64,000 nucleotides of DNA from the NCBI GenBank assembly GCA_027604505.1, contig JADIIX010000064.1:1-64000 (forward strand), written 5' to 3'. A model generated the notes under the pieces. That model made no database searches. It was not told the DNA's origin and saw only the letters and a program-made list of their open reading frames with translations. Position 1 is the first letter of the stretch; every line of letters starts with the position of its first letter. The position numbers and the translations under genes are program-made. Shown piece by piece: positions 1 through 12,462 of the stretch. This DNA is from Gonapodya sp. JEL0774. Its lineage: Eukaryota.

Positions 1-1001
1 CCTCACGTAAAGACAAAGGAGTCATCCTGTGATTGACGAACCCGAAAGTCGAAGGGTCCATTTGGAGTCCAAGCAGAACTGCGCGGCAATCACGAGAGGC
101 TGAACTACAAATTACACTTTGAATTAGAGAAGAAAATATACTCACAAGGGCTTGATGGCCCCCTTCCGAGAATCGTGCTTCCAACATCCCACCGACAACT
201 GGTCCCTTCGCATCCAAAAAGGCGCACCGATGGCCGGCGGAACACCTGCGTTTGAAAGATCGGACATTGTGGAGGTGATGGCTGCGAAATCTGATGGCTG
301 GAAAGGAGTTCTGCTTTGGCTTGGTGAGAATACGACGGTCTTCTGGACGGGCGAATCTGGTCAAAATCCACATGCAGTTTCCATTAAAGTATTCGCCAGA
401 AGTTTTCCGCGTAGGAGTTGACGCATTCTGTGACAGCTGACAGGTTACCACGGTGGCATCGTTTGAGATGGAAACTTCTGATGGACATGTTCGATGGAGG
501 TCGATAGTGCGCTTTGGACATGCACGGTCCCACAGCGTTCGGGAAACTCTTACCAACAAAGAAGTATCACAACTTACTCAGATTCACACAAAACAGTCGC
601 ACTGATATTCAATACCCGTTTTCCACCACGTCTCCAAGGTTTTCACACTAAAATAGGAATTTCCCGCAACACTTTTGAAAGTTCGAGTATTCCGCACAAC
701 AGAAAACAGGAATTGAATGCTCTTGTCTAAATCTATGTTGTATGGGGTACCGCCAGCGCACCATGAGGAAAGAACTCATCAACGTATTCGGTGAGAATGA
801 GGTTAAGGCAGTTCACGAGCCACCGTCAAATTTGGTCGTGCAAATGGGATATCACGATGCAATACTAGGTGATCAATAAATGCTCTCTGTACATCAAATT
901 TTTTCAGAGACCTTTTATTATGTAATCCCAGTATGCCGGTGTCCCACTCGCCCAATAACAGAGAACATTAAATCCAGAGCTCTCCAAAATCTGGACACAG
1001 G

Positions 1002-1056
1002 ATCCAGACCAATCCAGATTTGCTGGATTGGTCCGGATGGGTTGTCATCATCCGGA
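1002..1056. repeat. Overlapping inverted repeats (two hairpins)
   Basis: ATCCAGACCAATCCAG / CTGGATTGGTCCGGAT (16 bp, 1 mismatch, 5-nt loop), overlapping TCCGGATG / CATCCGGA (8 bp). Confidence 0.75.
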
Positions 1057-1587
1057 GGGGCTGGAGAGGACTTGCACTTTCCTGACGTCTCTCGATCCGT
1101 TGAGGCGCTCTGTCACTCCGTTTTTTGGTCACACCGGAACACAAATGCCGAAAATTTCACTTCCAATGACGAGATCAATTCCATAGCAGATTCAAATCAA
1201 CGTTTGGAGATGAAAATAGAAGGGCGGTCTGTGTTTAGAGGCACTCAGCTCATTTGGCGACTTGCATGGGCATCCAGAGTATTTCGAAAACACAGAACGC
1301 GGGGATGTGATCAAGACTGATGGATTCATTGGGTCACTCCTCCAGAAAATTTCTCCGAGGGAGACTGATTGATCGGATCGGCGTAATAAGTAAGGGTTTT
1401 GCGTCCCAACTTTGTAAAATGCCCAGATTTGGCGCACAGCAAAGGACTCGTACAGGCACATGTGCAATAAGCTCTCGTAGGGTTGTAGGCTATCCGAGGT
1501 GGTACTTTCTGTGTCGAGGACGCCCAGGTGGTTATTATGTATTTGCAAAGCAGGTGTAGGTCCATTCGCCGCAAGGAAGAGTGTTTT

Positions 1588-1626
1588 AAACCCGGTAATT
1601 GCATGTTCAAACCCGGTATTGCATGA
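1588..1626. repeat. Short direct tandem repeat upstream of the PPR gene
   Basis: AAACCCGGTAATTGCATG followed after 3 nt by AAACCCGGTATTGCATG. Confidence 0.7.
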
Positions 1627-1854
1627 CAGATACAATGAATTTTCGAATGTGGGTTCGCTTTGCACATCCCCTTGCGAGTGTTCGGGTTGCTACCCTGAGC
1701 ACCCTGATGCGTGGACCAATCAGGTCCGACTGGGCTCGGCTGACGTGTTGCCCCCGCAATTGGCGGAGATGGGAAGATACAACGCAACCAAAAGTTTATC
1801 AAGCCGTAACTTCATTCAGCTCAAAGCTTTGGTTCTTCTTAAGTCCTACTGGGA

Positions 1855-4849
1855 ATGTCAGCTCCACTCGCATACCATCCATTCAAAACAATGGGCCGTT
1901 CGCTCCTGACGACGCTTGCGAGGATTGAAACCGGAGGTTCCTTGTTCTCTGCGGTGGGCGGCTCAGGAGGAAACGGGAGCACGAGTCCCATCAACTCCCA
2001 AACTCGGATTGGAGGGAAACTCAACGGGGCCCTCGAATGGGACGGTGTGGGACGTGTATTCGAGACTCCGTCGTCGCGGTTGAACCCATTTGCTCCATCT
2101 TTCGTGCCTCTTGAGAACCCACAGCCACACATTATCAATCTCGCTGTATCGCCGGCCAAACTTGACTTGTGCTGGTCGGTATTTGGTCCGTTCCCCGGTC
2201 CCGGGTCGCTCCCACATCAGTCTCCAATCCCTGCAGCAGCAAACACGTTCACACCGGAACGGGACGGTCTTCTGAGCAATGCCGTTGAACTGAGTACAGA
2301 TGATGTGGAATTCGATATTGACCCACGTGGGGTTGTTGACGCTTTGGAGGAAGAAGATGATGATACCGCATTGTGAGTCACCGCTCGGAAAATCGCTCCC
2401 TGTATCACATGCAAGGGCAACTGCGTTTGTTTATCTTCGTTGCCGGACGGCTGTTTACATTTTGAAAATATCTTTCCCTCCCTCGGACAGTTCCGACTGG
2501 TCCTTCCGTCTTTCGAGTTCTCCCACCAGGTCTGACGAGGTGGGAAACCATATATCCTTTTTGCCACGACACGTCGCTATATTTACACTTACGTCATATG
2601 TTTCCCTCCTCTCATCAAGTCGTCCTCTCATCATTCGTCGCCTGGCTTGGGGTCTGGGTGGGACGACGGGCGATTGTCCGAGATCAGCGCCAATGAAACC
2701 TCAACATCGGGGATGGAAGAGACTTGGCGGACAGATACATTCTCGACTTCTCAAGCTCTCAAATCTCACATTCGAACATCCCGCGAAATTCTTTCATCCA
2801 CCCACCCACCACCGCCCGACCTTGCCACAACTCTCCCACTCCTGCGCTACCACCTCGGCACCCCAGCACCGACCCCGACATCCCCTCGATTGGGACTCAA
2901 CATTTTTCGAGTTCTCTCTTCCCACCCATCCACCTCATCTCGCCTCACGTACACCGATCATGCCCGACTGATCCACCTCCTCGCGTCACCATCTCCCGTT
3001 ATGCGCGTCTTGCCACCCGAAGCTGCCATGACTGAGCTCAGAAAAGTGTACGAATCGATGAAGGCCAGAGGATGGACAATCGGCAAGAGGGAATACGCCG
3101 CGGTTATCGGAGCATGGGGCCGTTTTGGGTGGTCCAAGGCAGTCGAGAGGGTTTGGGGAGAGGCCAAGGCATCCGGGCAGGTGGACATTTGGCTCTTTAA
3201 TGCTTACCTGGACTCCCTCGCCCGCCTCCGTACGCCGTCTCTCCCTACCGTAATCGGGGCGTACTCCTTGCTGCCCTCCCTGCAACTGACCCCCATCCTG
3301 GCCACGTACAATATTCTCATCCGTGCTCACTCCGCGGCTCACGATGTATCTGGAGCCATTCGATGGTTTGAGCGGATTAAATTGGATTTGGGAGTGGAAC
3401 CCAACGTGGTCAGCCGGTTGGGAGTCTTGGATGGGTATGCAAGAGCAGGGATGGGAAAGGATGCAGAGAAGGAAGCAGAAAACGTTGTGAGAAGTGGAGT
3501 GCAACCAGAAGTGGCTGGACAGGCAATGAAGTATGCCATTATGGCGTACATTAAGGCAGAGGTTCGTGTTTGCTGATTAGCTATCAGATTCCTTGTCGTT
3601 CTTGATCGTCACTAACCCACCAACATAATCGATTTCCGCATGGAACAGGAGCTAGAATCTGCTTCTCGCCTCTTCGATCAATGTCTCCGCTTGGATTGTC
3701 CTCCGGACCCATCGCTCTACTCCATGATGATTGCGGCACACTCCGGTATCACAGGAGACATCGTCGCTGCCGAGAAGGTGTACGAGCGATATAACAAAGG
3801 AGGAGGAAAGAGGGATGGCAGGATGGACGAGGCGATGATCACCGCCTATGGTAGGTTGCTGGAACTTTTGCTATTGGCGAGCAAGGGAGTATATAACGTA
3901 CGTACTCGAACTTCCTCTGTTCTACTCTCACTCAACAGGCAACGTCGGGGACCTCATCTCTTGCTGGCGCGTCTTCCGCCGGCTATCCTCGATGCGCGCG
4001 GCGTCCCTCTCCCGTCACCCATCGCCACCGACCGATTCCTCCTCCCAAGCACGATCGGTCGCGGAACGACTTCTAGTACCGGACTCGACATGGCGGACCA
4101 TGGTGCGCGCACATCTCACTCCGGCGAGCTGTGCTTCACCAAGTCGTGGTAAAAACATCGCGGAACACGAACGCACATCCCATGCGATCGCCACACTGCC
4201 GACCATTCTCGCTCGAGCCTCGGTACCGATATCCCACCGTAGCACCATCTACGCTGAGTTCGCTTCGAGGCTTTCTAGATCGGGCCGTCCGCAGTTGGGC
4301 GAGAGTGTAGTACGAGATCCGATCGCGCGAATTCGGGATGGGTTTGCTGGAACCGTGTTTGCAGTCAATGATGTGATCGAAGGGTGGGTCGCTGTCCCTG
4401 AAGCAGGCGGACTGGAGAGGGCAGTGGAGGTCATTGCGGGTCTCGCTGATGGGATGCAGGTGGCGCAAGAAAGCGGGTTGTCTGCGTTGTTCCCTGATTC
4501 AGTTTTGCGAGGGTCACGCCTTGGTGGTGGGGGTGGTTCGAGTGACTTTTTCAAGTTTGGCTCGAATTCCTACACCCACAACCTCGTCCTCCGCATCCTC
4601 GCACATCGTGATCACACTCTTACCCTTTCCTATTTCCACCACCTCACGCTCCGCGGGTCGGTTCAGCTCGGAAGCTATGCATTTGACGCTCTAGTCCAGG
4701 CAGTGGAAACGCACATCGGCGATGAGGCTGAAAGAGTGCGGATGGTGAGGAGAGTGGTCGAGGAGTGTGGAAGAGAGGGAGTGGTGCCAAACTGGGGGAG
4801 AGATGAGTGGTTAGGTGCAGCGTGGGAGAAGTGTGGCAAGGGCAGATAG
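1855..4849 (+). CDS. Pentatricopeptide-repeat (PPR) protein with N-terminal PAM2-like motif (about 5 exons)
   Basis: PPR-like repeats: EYAAVIGAWGRFG, WLFNAYLDSLAR, ATYNILIRAHSAAHDVSGAIRWFERIK, LYSMMIAAHS. ORFs 1855-2376, 2647-3576, 3640- and 3848-4849 join in frame through GT-AG introns at about 2373-2490, 2540-2619, 3562-3648 and 3851-3938. Confidence 0.8.
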
Positions 4850-5513
4850 CTGGATTGCTCGTGGTGGTTCGCAGTGAGCATGTTGGACGCATATCACGAA
4901 GTTCTAGAACGGAACAGTATTTTGCTTTGCTCGTGTTTTGCAATCAATTTGGGGTTGTAAGCATTTATTTGGACTTACCCATCTCTGAAACTGGAAACAT
5001 CTTGCATACTAGTATATGAGCTTCATCCGGTTACGATACCACATCTATCAAACTATAGTATTCGATGATTGTTGCTGATTCTTGGGCGATTCAAATGTTC
5101 CAGCAAGCGTTCAAAGGAGTCTAGAGTGGGCTATTGAAGCGGAGGCGGAGGCTAGTATGACGGAGTTGAGAACGTATTACAGCCCTATAGTGCAAGATCA
5201 CAGAGAGAACTCATAACCTCACAGTCTTGAGGTGCTCACGACCTCTGCAGTTTTGATGGTGCTATCGTTTGGTGACCAACATTCTCGAAGGGACTGCTAC
5301 ATCTTTCATTCGAGTCCCATGACATTGATCGGTCACATGAAAGCAAATAAAAATTTTCATAAAGTTGATTTGAGAAGTGGATTTTCGAATATGTAGAACC
5401 ATAGTAAAGTCCTTGTCAATCTGCACCTCACATCTCCACACCTTAATTCCAACCATCAGTGAGAAAAACTTCGATAATTCTTTCGTAGAGCATCGCATCT
5501 CTGGAAGTTTTTC

Positions 5514-8500
5514 ATGTCCCTGCGGGGTCTGGGCGGCCTTCCTACTCCGGCCTTGCAAACAGCCGCTCAAGCTGCAACCGCGTCGCTGGTACCCACATCG
5601 GGGTCTGGTTCAGCTTCCGGGTCGACGTCGAGCTCGCTGAGTCACTTGGCGTCCGTTGCAGCTGGGACGACTAGCGCAACATGGAGCAATAGGGCGAAGG
5701 AAATCGTACAGCTCATTGCAACAGAGATCGAGTTCCTGGGGAAGTCCCAACTGCCAAATCAGGACGGCGCACGGTTCTCGCTTCCACTTTCTGGGAAAAG
5801 CTTCAAGACTTGGAGTGCAAGTGGTACGGGGAGCAGCGGATCAGCTGGTGGGGACGTTAATCAGAGCTCCAAGGATGACTCCGTTAAACTATCGGAACTC
5901 GCCACCGGACGTCGCTTCTCCGAATCGAGTACGAATTTGGGGGCAAGTTCGACTGCTGGACGCAGCTCCAGAACCAGTATGGGAAGTGGTCCCGCTTCAG
6001 TTCCAACCCCAACCCCACTCCACCCTCTGTCATCTACGTCCCTGTCCTCCGAAATCTCTCTTGCCCGCTTGCAGGCACCTGGAAACCCACGGTGGGAGGA
6101 CTACGCTAAAGATCGTGCTGTGCAACTCGCTCGCCTGGAGGCCGAGATCGATCTGTTGGTGAAAGACTTCTCCTTCGCAAGCTACTTGATTTCCGCCTCA
6201 TTCAAGCAAGATACATTACTGACTGGCGTTAATGCAGTTTCAGCGATCTCAGCTTCTTCTAGAATGACTCAGTTCCTGAAACCGTCGCTCAGTGCAGCTG
6301 ACGGCGAATTTGTTGAACTGGTTGGTGGTGGCGGTACATCGCCTGCTGATTCTCGGTCAGCTGGAGACGTTGTCACTTCATTTGAACCATCGCTACTGGC
6401 ACCATCCGCCTCTTCCACCCGCTCCTCCGTCAGCTCTGCACCCCACATTACATATCAACCGGAACCGTGCACTCCCGCCTACCTTCTCCCTCCATCATTA
6501 CTCCCTCCAACCACCATTCCTCACCACCCGACTGTCGAAAAACTCTTTACGGACCTTTTTCTCATCTTCTCCTCCCTTCCCCCTTCCGCACCTCAAACAC
6601 CTCCGGCCCAATCTTCACCAAACGATACGTCTCTGCACCTCTCGCAGGACCGCCGAGTCCCCTTTTTCGCGCGCTGTCTCGCCCGACTCGCACCGGTGCT
6701 AGACCCGCACTCTGTTGCTAGGGCTTATTGGCACCCTCTCGTATCGCCTGGTCTGCACGCCCGTTGGACGGCTCTGCGTGCTGCAGCTGAAGAGCTAGCC
6801 GAAGCAATGGCAGAGATCTGCGAGACAGGAATGGAGGCTATAAGTAAGGCGGACGAACAGAGTGGCGTTGCAGTCGCAACTGCAGAGCGAAGAGATCTCG
6901 CCAAAAGGTACTTTGGCATTGTAGGCACCTGTGTGCGGGCCACACTGGTCTGGACTGTGGTGGAAGCCGCAAAAGAGGGCCTAGGCGAATCAAAGTCTTC
7001 ATCAGCTCTTCCCTCTAGCTCTATCACTGCAGCATCCTCCCCCACAACCACTTCAGCGGCGCCATTTGAATGGCACATGCCTTCAAAACCTCTCTCCAGC
7101 ACCTCTCAAAACACGCACATATCCCCCACTGACTCTCCACATATCTCTCTCCTCAGTCGCCTTCTACGCCGCCATGCGTCGTCGTACTTGCCTGTTTTTG
7201 CTGCATTTGTAGCTGATCCTCGACACACAAACGCGACTTGTGATGTTATCGCCCGATGCTTGTTGGCACCAAAGAACGGATCACTGCGTAAGCCCACTTC
7301 AACGACGACCTCGGCCATTACTCCCGCCCTCAGCCTCTCGCTCTCCACGTCGCCTCTTCCCTCCTCTATTATTTCCGCTATATCTCACCACCCCCTACCA
7401 CCTGCTATTGCCTCGTCCCTCCGACTCCTCACCATCCTTCTGCCGCATATTCCTTCGCATTTTGGACATCCTGCTATCCTGACTCGCCTCCGCAGCGCGG
7501 TAGGTAGAGCTGCCCGCGTGGCAGAAACAACGGCAGGAGAAGAGAGTCGCTCATTAGAACGGGTGGTCAGCTGGGGGTTTACTCACGTGTACGGAATGTG
7601 GCCGAGGGGGACGGTGGAATGGGCCAGGGACGTTTGTCAACGGGGTGAACCTGGGACGAAGGTGGTGGCTGTGAGTGTGCATGAGGCAGTCTTGAGTGGT
7701 TATTCTTACAATTTGAACGTGAATTCTCGGATATGGCAACTGTCCCAAACGCTTAGTCTTGCCTTGCTGCCCACCTATTCCACCCACACCTTCTCTTGTC
7801 ATCAACATCTTCTGCGGAAGCCACACCAACTCCTCCTCTACCCGCAATGGATTCATCCCTTCCCGTTTTGGACCGTCTGTATTCTAACCCGCCACCAGAT
7901 CCGCTAGAACTTGCTGCAGCGTGCGCCGCACTCAGGGCGTCGTCGTGGGTATCTAATGACCTTCCTTTTCCAACACCGTTAAGGACCCTGAGCGACGGTG
8001 GCGAACCATTCAGTAATGGTTCAACGACACCTCCAATGAGCACCCGAGTGCATAACCGCACTCCTACGCCCAACTCAGTGTTCGATCCTGCCGCGGTTAC
8101 TTCTTCGCCGAGGCAATCGTTAGACGTCGTGGAGACGGAGGATGCGATTGCAGCAGCCATGGCGGACCATGTTGTTCCTGTCGCATCGTCGTCGCAGTTT
8201 CCGTCGCCGGATGTGTCACCAGCTCGGCCGCCGGCTGGAAGTGGAAGCTACCGCTCTGCCTCGCCGGGTGGGTCGTCGTCGAGTGGGGACGAGCGGCCCG
8301 TAACCCCTTCCGGATGGATCGGAGGAGGTGGCCCCTTCAATGTAGCTCGTCGAGTGACGGCTGGGGATACCCGCCTTGCGCATGGGGATACTGGGACTGG
8401 GGCCGCCTTGTTGGCCAATGTTGGATCACGACTCCGCCTAGCCTCTGCAAGCAAAAGTGGCGTTCAAGGCACTGGCACGCCAGTGGTCCGAGCGGCACCG

Positions 8501-10284
8501 TCGGCATCGCCTATGTCATCATCTTACAGTGGTGGCGGTGTGTTTGGTGGCATTGGAGGTGTTGGCGTGGACACGGTCCCGGTCACAGTAGAAGGTGCGA
8601 TGAGGATCGCCGAGGCTCTGCGAGGTGAGGCGGCTCGAGGATCTGTACAGCTGAGCGCATCCGGGGATCGACGCGGAAAGCGAGCCGTGGACCCGCCAGT
8701 AGTTGGAAGCGGACCGCGGCCATCAGAGAGTCTTGCCGGAATTCTTGCGGCAGAACTGGGAGTGGAGGCGTGGATGAGGAGGGTGCATTTGGCGTGGATT
8801 GCACGATTGGGATCCATGCAAAAAGAAGTGGACGAGGGTGCTGAGGTTGAATCGTTGGTGCGTGAGCCTATGTTTTCCCTCCTTCCAAGCTCGTGGAATG
8901 TCTAGTCTGATGTCTTTGACACACTTCACTCCAGCGCTCTCGCATAGCCACCCTTGAATCAACTCTTGCCCACATGACTTCTTTGCACACCTCTCTTTCG
9001 TCTACCCTGGACGCTGTGCGTGCTGCACATGCCGATACTGTCTCAGCCAGCCGAGAGAGAGTGGAGGTGGCAGAGCGGGAACGGGATCAGAAAGTGAGGG
9101 ATGCGGAGCGTTTCAAAAAACGGTTTGCGCTGGAAGCCAAAGAGAGGAACAGGGTGGAGAAGGAGTTGATGGAAGCAAATGCTCGGTGAGTCGGGTGACG
9201 TATGGGAACTCGGAATGCAAAGGCTCATTTCATTAAGAACGTCATCTCTGCCCTGTCAGAATATTTAAACTTCAGACCACCACTGCTGTTCTCGAAACGT
9301 CATCTTCGGCCCTCGAAGCCTCTGAACGTCTCGTTCAACAGCTAACCAGCGAACTTCTCATGTGGGAAGATGATCACAAGGTTGCGAGGAAGGCGCTTCA
9401 AAAGTGCGATGAACTCGAAGCGGAACTGAGAGTGACCCAGAGGGCACTAGCAAGCATGGAGAAGGTGGCTGCGGAAAGAGAAAGGGCGGTCAAGTCAGTA
9501 GCCGCATGATCATGCGACGGCGCAATATTGCATGCTGACGACTCGTTGATTTCAAACAGTGAGCGCTCGAAGCAACTCTCCCAAACGAACACTCGACTTG
9601 CTGATGTCCTCGACCACTCGCGTAAGAAAGAACAGGTGGTGCAAAAGCAGAAGACTGAGCTACGAACACTGGCTGCCATCAGTGAAGAGCGAACAAAAGC
9701 GCTTCAAGAACATTTGGCGTGGGCAAAAGGAATAAATTCTGAACTGGAGGTCGGTACCGAGGCTCATAAAGCATAATATTTTGCGTAAACCGACTAATTT
9801 TACCCTGACACAGACAATTATCCTGGATCTTCGAGCTCGTCTGGAAATTGCGGAAGGGACTCTTGCGCGATACGAGACACCAAACTTTGACAAAGCGACT
9901 GTATCATTCAGAGAAGGAACCACTGGAGGAGAAAATTTCCGTCACGTACATTTGTGGACGAACGATACCATTGAATTTACCCTTGAACTACCTGTGGAAT
10001 GGGATAATAAGACTGCTGGGGACGCCGTCGCACGCTGGGTCGCTGCGAACGGATTTGTGGTGGCACCATACGTATGGAGTACTGTTTACAACGGTATTGA
10101 TGTTGGCAGTAGTGATGTTGGCATGGATCAAGCCGCCGCGTTGTGTGGCAAGCGAGTTGTTGCGAGAGAGGAGATGACCAAGTTTGATAAGGCACTGGCA
10201 ACACCTGACATAGTGGTTTCGACACGCGGGAACGAAAGCTTGAGCCCCATCAGCCCGGTTGGACTTGGTCGGTACGGAATTTAG
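5514..10284 (+). CDS. TSC1: Hamartin (tuberous sclerosis 1) homolog with C-terminal coiled coil and extra domain
   Basis: FTHVYGMWPRGTVEW resembles hamartin FxxLYGMYPxNFxxF. After the intron at about 7671-7756, HLFHPHLL...ELAAACAAL follows. AELGVEAWMRRVHLAWIARL resembles the fungal Tsc1 NELNFE...HIGRL segment. Coiled-coil exons at 8936-9870. Confidence 0.75.
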
Positions 10285-10584
10285 ATATACGCTAATGGCG
10301 TGGTCCATTGGTTTTACCTGAATTGTTGATTCATGTTATATTGGTGCATGTATATACTTCAAGTCATGATTAGGTATATTTGTTCAAGCACTGATTCAGA
10401 ACTAGTTCACTCATTACATCACGGTGCGGCTAGCGTGGTTTGAACAGTAGTACAGTGATTGACGGTATGTTGCTGGGGGTTGTCGGTGGCACGGGAAATG
10501 GGGGAGTCGGCTGTCCCTGTATCAGCCAACTCGAGGGTCACCGGTGGGGAAACCTTATCGTTTTTACTTTCTTAAACATTGAAA

Positions 10585-12318
10585 ATGCTCAATGCAAATG
10601 AATCCGGTACGATCGCGAGCGACAATGGACACCCTTTGGCGACGGTGGTGGAGAAATACCATTCCTATCTTTCCTTGCGGGCAAAAGGCTTGCGGAACGA
10701 GCCGATTCTAAGCGTGATGAAAGGTTAGAATTCTCTGCACATGCTGGTTTTATTGCGTAAGGTTAGATTTTGATGATTCGTCTTGATTCAGATGCAATGG
10801 AAGGCATTCAATCCTCATCAACGGACGTGATACATCTCGCCGGGGGTAATCCGAACCCAGAAACCTTTGGCATCCGTGGCCTGCATGTTGAAATGGCAGA
10901 CGGTAGAACAGTGAAAATCGAAGGGGACCTGATAAGAGAGGCATGCGACTACGGACTTCCAGTAAGTTCTCAATCATCTCAATCAATGAGTTACCTGCCT
11001 GGACGCTGACCTGTCCACACTAGTATGGGCTTCCTGCACTCAAAGACTGGTGTCATATCCTGACTTCTCACGTTCATGGTTTACCCCGGGATGCATTCCA
11101 AACTTCGATTGCAACTGGCAACCTCGGCACGACGTACTTCATTTTTGATTTGACGTGCGACCGAGGAGATTTTGTGCTCACGGATTCACCGACGTTTACG
11201 GGTGCGCTTACTCCTCTCAAACCACTGGGCGTGACACCCTGCCCAGTCGCTACGGATGCGCAGGGTGTCATGCCGGAATCTCTTGAGCAAATCTTGGCCG
11301 ATTGGGACGATAAGCTTGGCAAAAGACCAAATGTTTTCTATACTGTACCTACAGGTGAGCCATTTTCATTTCTGAGAGCCAATCATCAATTAATCTAATA
11401 TGGAACCTCTTCTGGAGGTGGCAATCCCACGGGTGCCACAACATCGGAAGACCGCAAGAGGAAGATCCTAGAAGTGTGTGGCAAGTATAAAGTGATGATC
11501 ATTGAGGATGATCCGTGAGCCTCTGTTGTGTAACAGCTCGGGAGGAGCGTGGAATGCTAAAAGTCCGTCACTCGCATTCACCAGATACTACTTCCTCCAA
11601 TTCACACCCACCCGAGTACCATCTTACCTCTCACTTCTGCATTCTCACAATCTGGATGTCGCACCGCCGGTCATCCGACTTGATTCATTTGCCAAGGTAT
11701 TCTGCGCCGGTGCACGGGTCTCCTGGGTTTCAGGTCCTCCGGATCTCATGAAACTCCTCGATTTGACCCATATGGCATCGATTGGACATGGTAGTTTGTT
11801 GGCACAGGCCATCATCCTAGCAACGGTCTCTGAAATGGGTTTGCAAGGTTTCATCAAGAACGCTGAGTGGATCCGAGATTTTTACCTGGAGCGCCGCAAC
11901 TTCTGTGTTGCACTGGCTGAAAAGCACCTATCACGTACTTGTGTAGGTGTCACACCAATAACACGCTGTCTGCTCCGTTGTTGACGTTTCATTTATGTTG
12001 ACTCAGACGTGGGAAGTCCCATCTGCTGGAATGTTTCTGTGGGTTAAAGTCCTCAAGGGCTCTCCTACCGATACTCGCGTGGACAAATTGACGGGTGAAT
12101 CGTACGTCGACGCAACACAGCTTGTTCTGAAGCAGTGCATCCCGACTGGACTTCTCATTGTGCCGGGTGGGGAGTTCTTCCCGAAATCCCAGATGGGGAA
12201 CTGCCCATACCTGCGTATCTCTTACAGTATGGCCGGTAGAGATGAATTGGAACGGGGAATGGCGAGGCTCGGAGGAATTTTGGATATGAATGCAGGGTTT
12301 TTGAATGATGAACTGTGA
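10585..12318 (+). CDS. PLP-dependent aromatic amino acid / 2-aminoadipate aminotransferase (Aro8/KAT-II-like)
   Basis: Motifs IHLAGGNPNPETF, YTVPTGGNPTG, IEDDPYYFL, DSFAKVFCAGARVSW (PLP Lys), PSAGMFLW and YLRISYS across multiple exons. Confidence 0.9.
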
Positions 12319-12462
12319 TCTAAAGCTACGTTACAAAATGTGACTTAATTGTACTATAGATGTCTATAAATTCAATGGGAGATGCATCTAACGAGGTTCC
12401 TGCTACGTACTGATGCGACGAGGCCCTTCGGAGTTCGGGCCAGTTACGGTTGTGTGCGAACT

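Noticed and set aside
1..520. Possible minus-strand gene start running off the window (42-nt GT-AG intron candidate at about 106-146)
   Set aside because: The reading frame and product could not be established.
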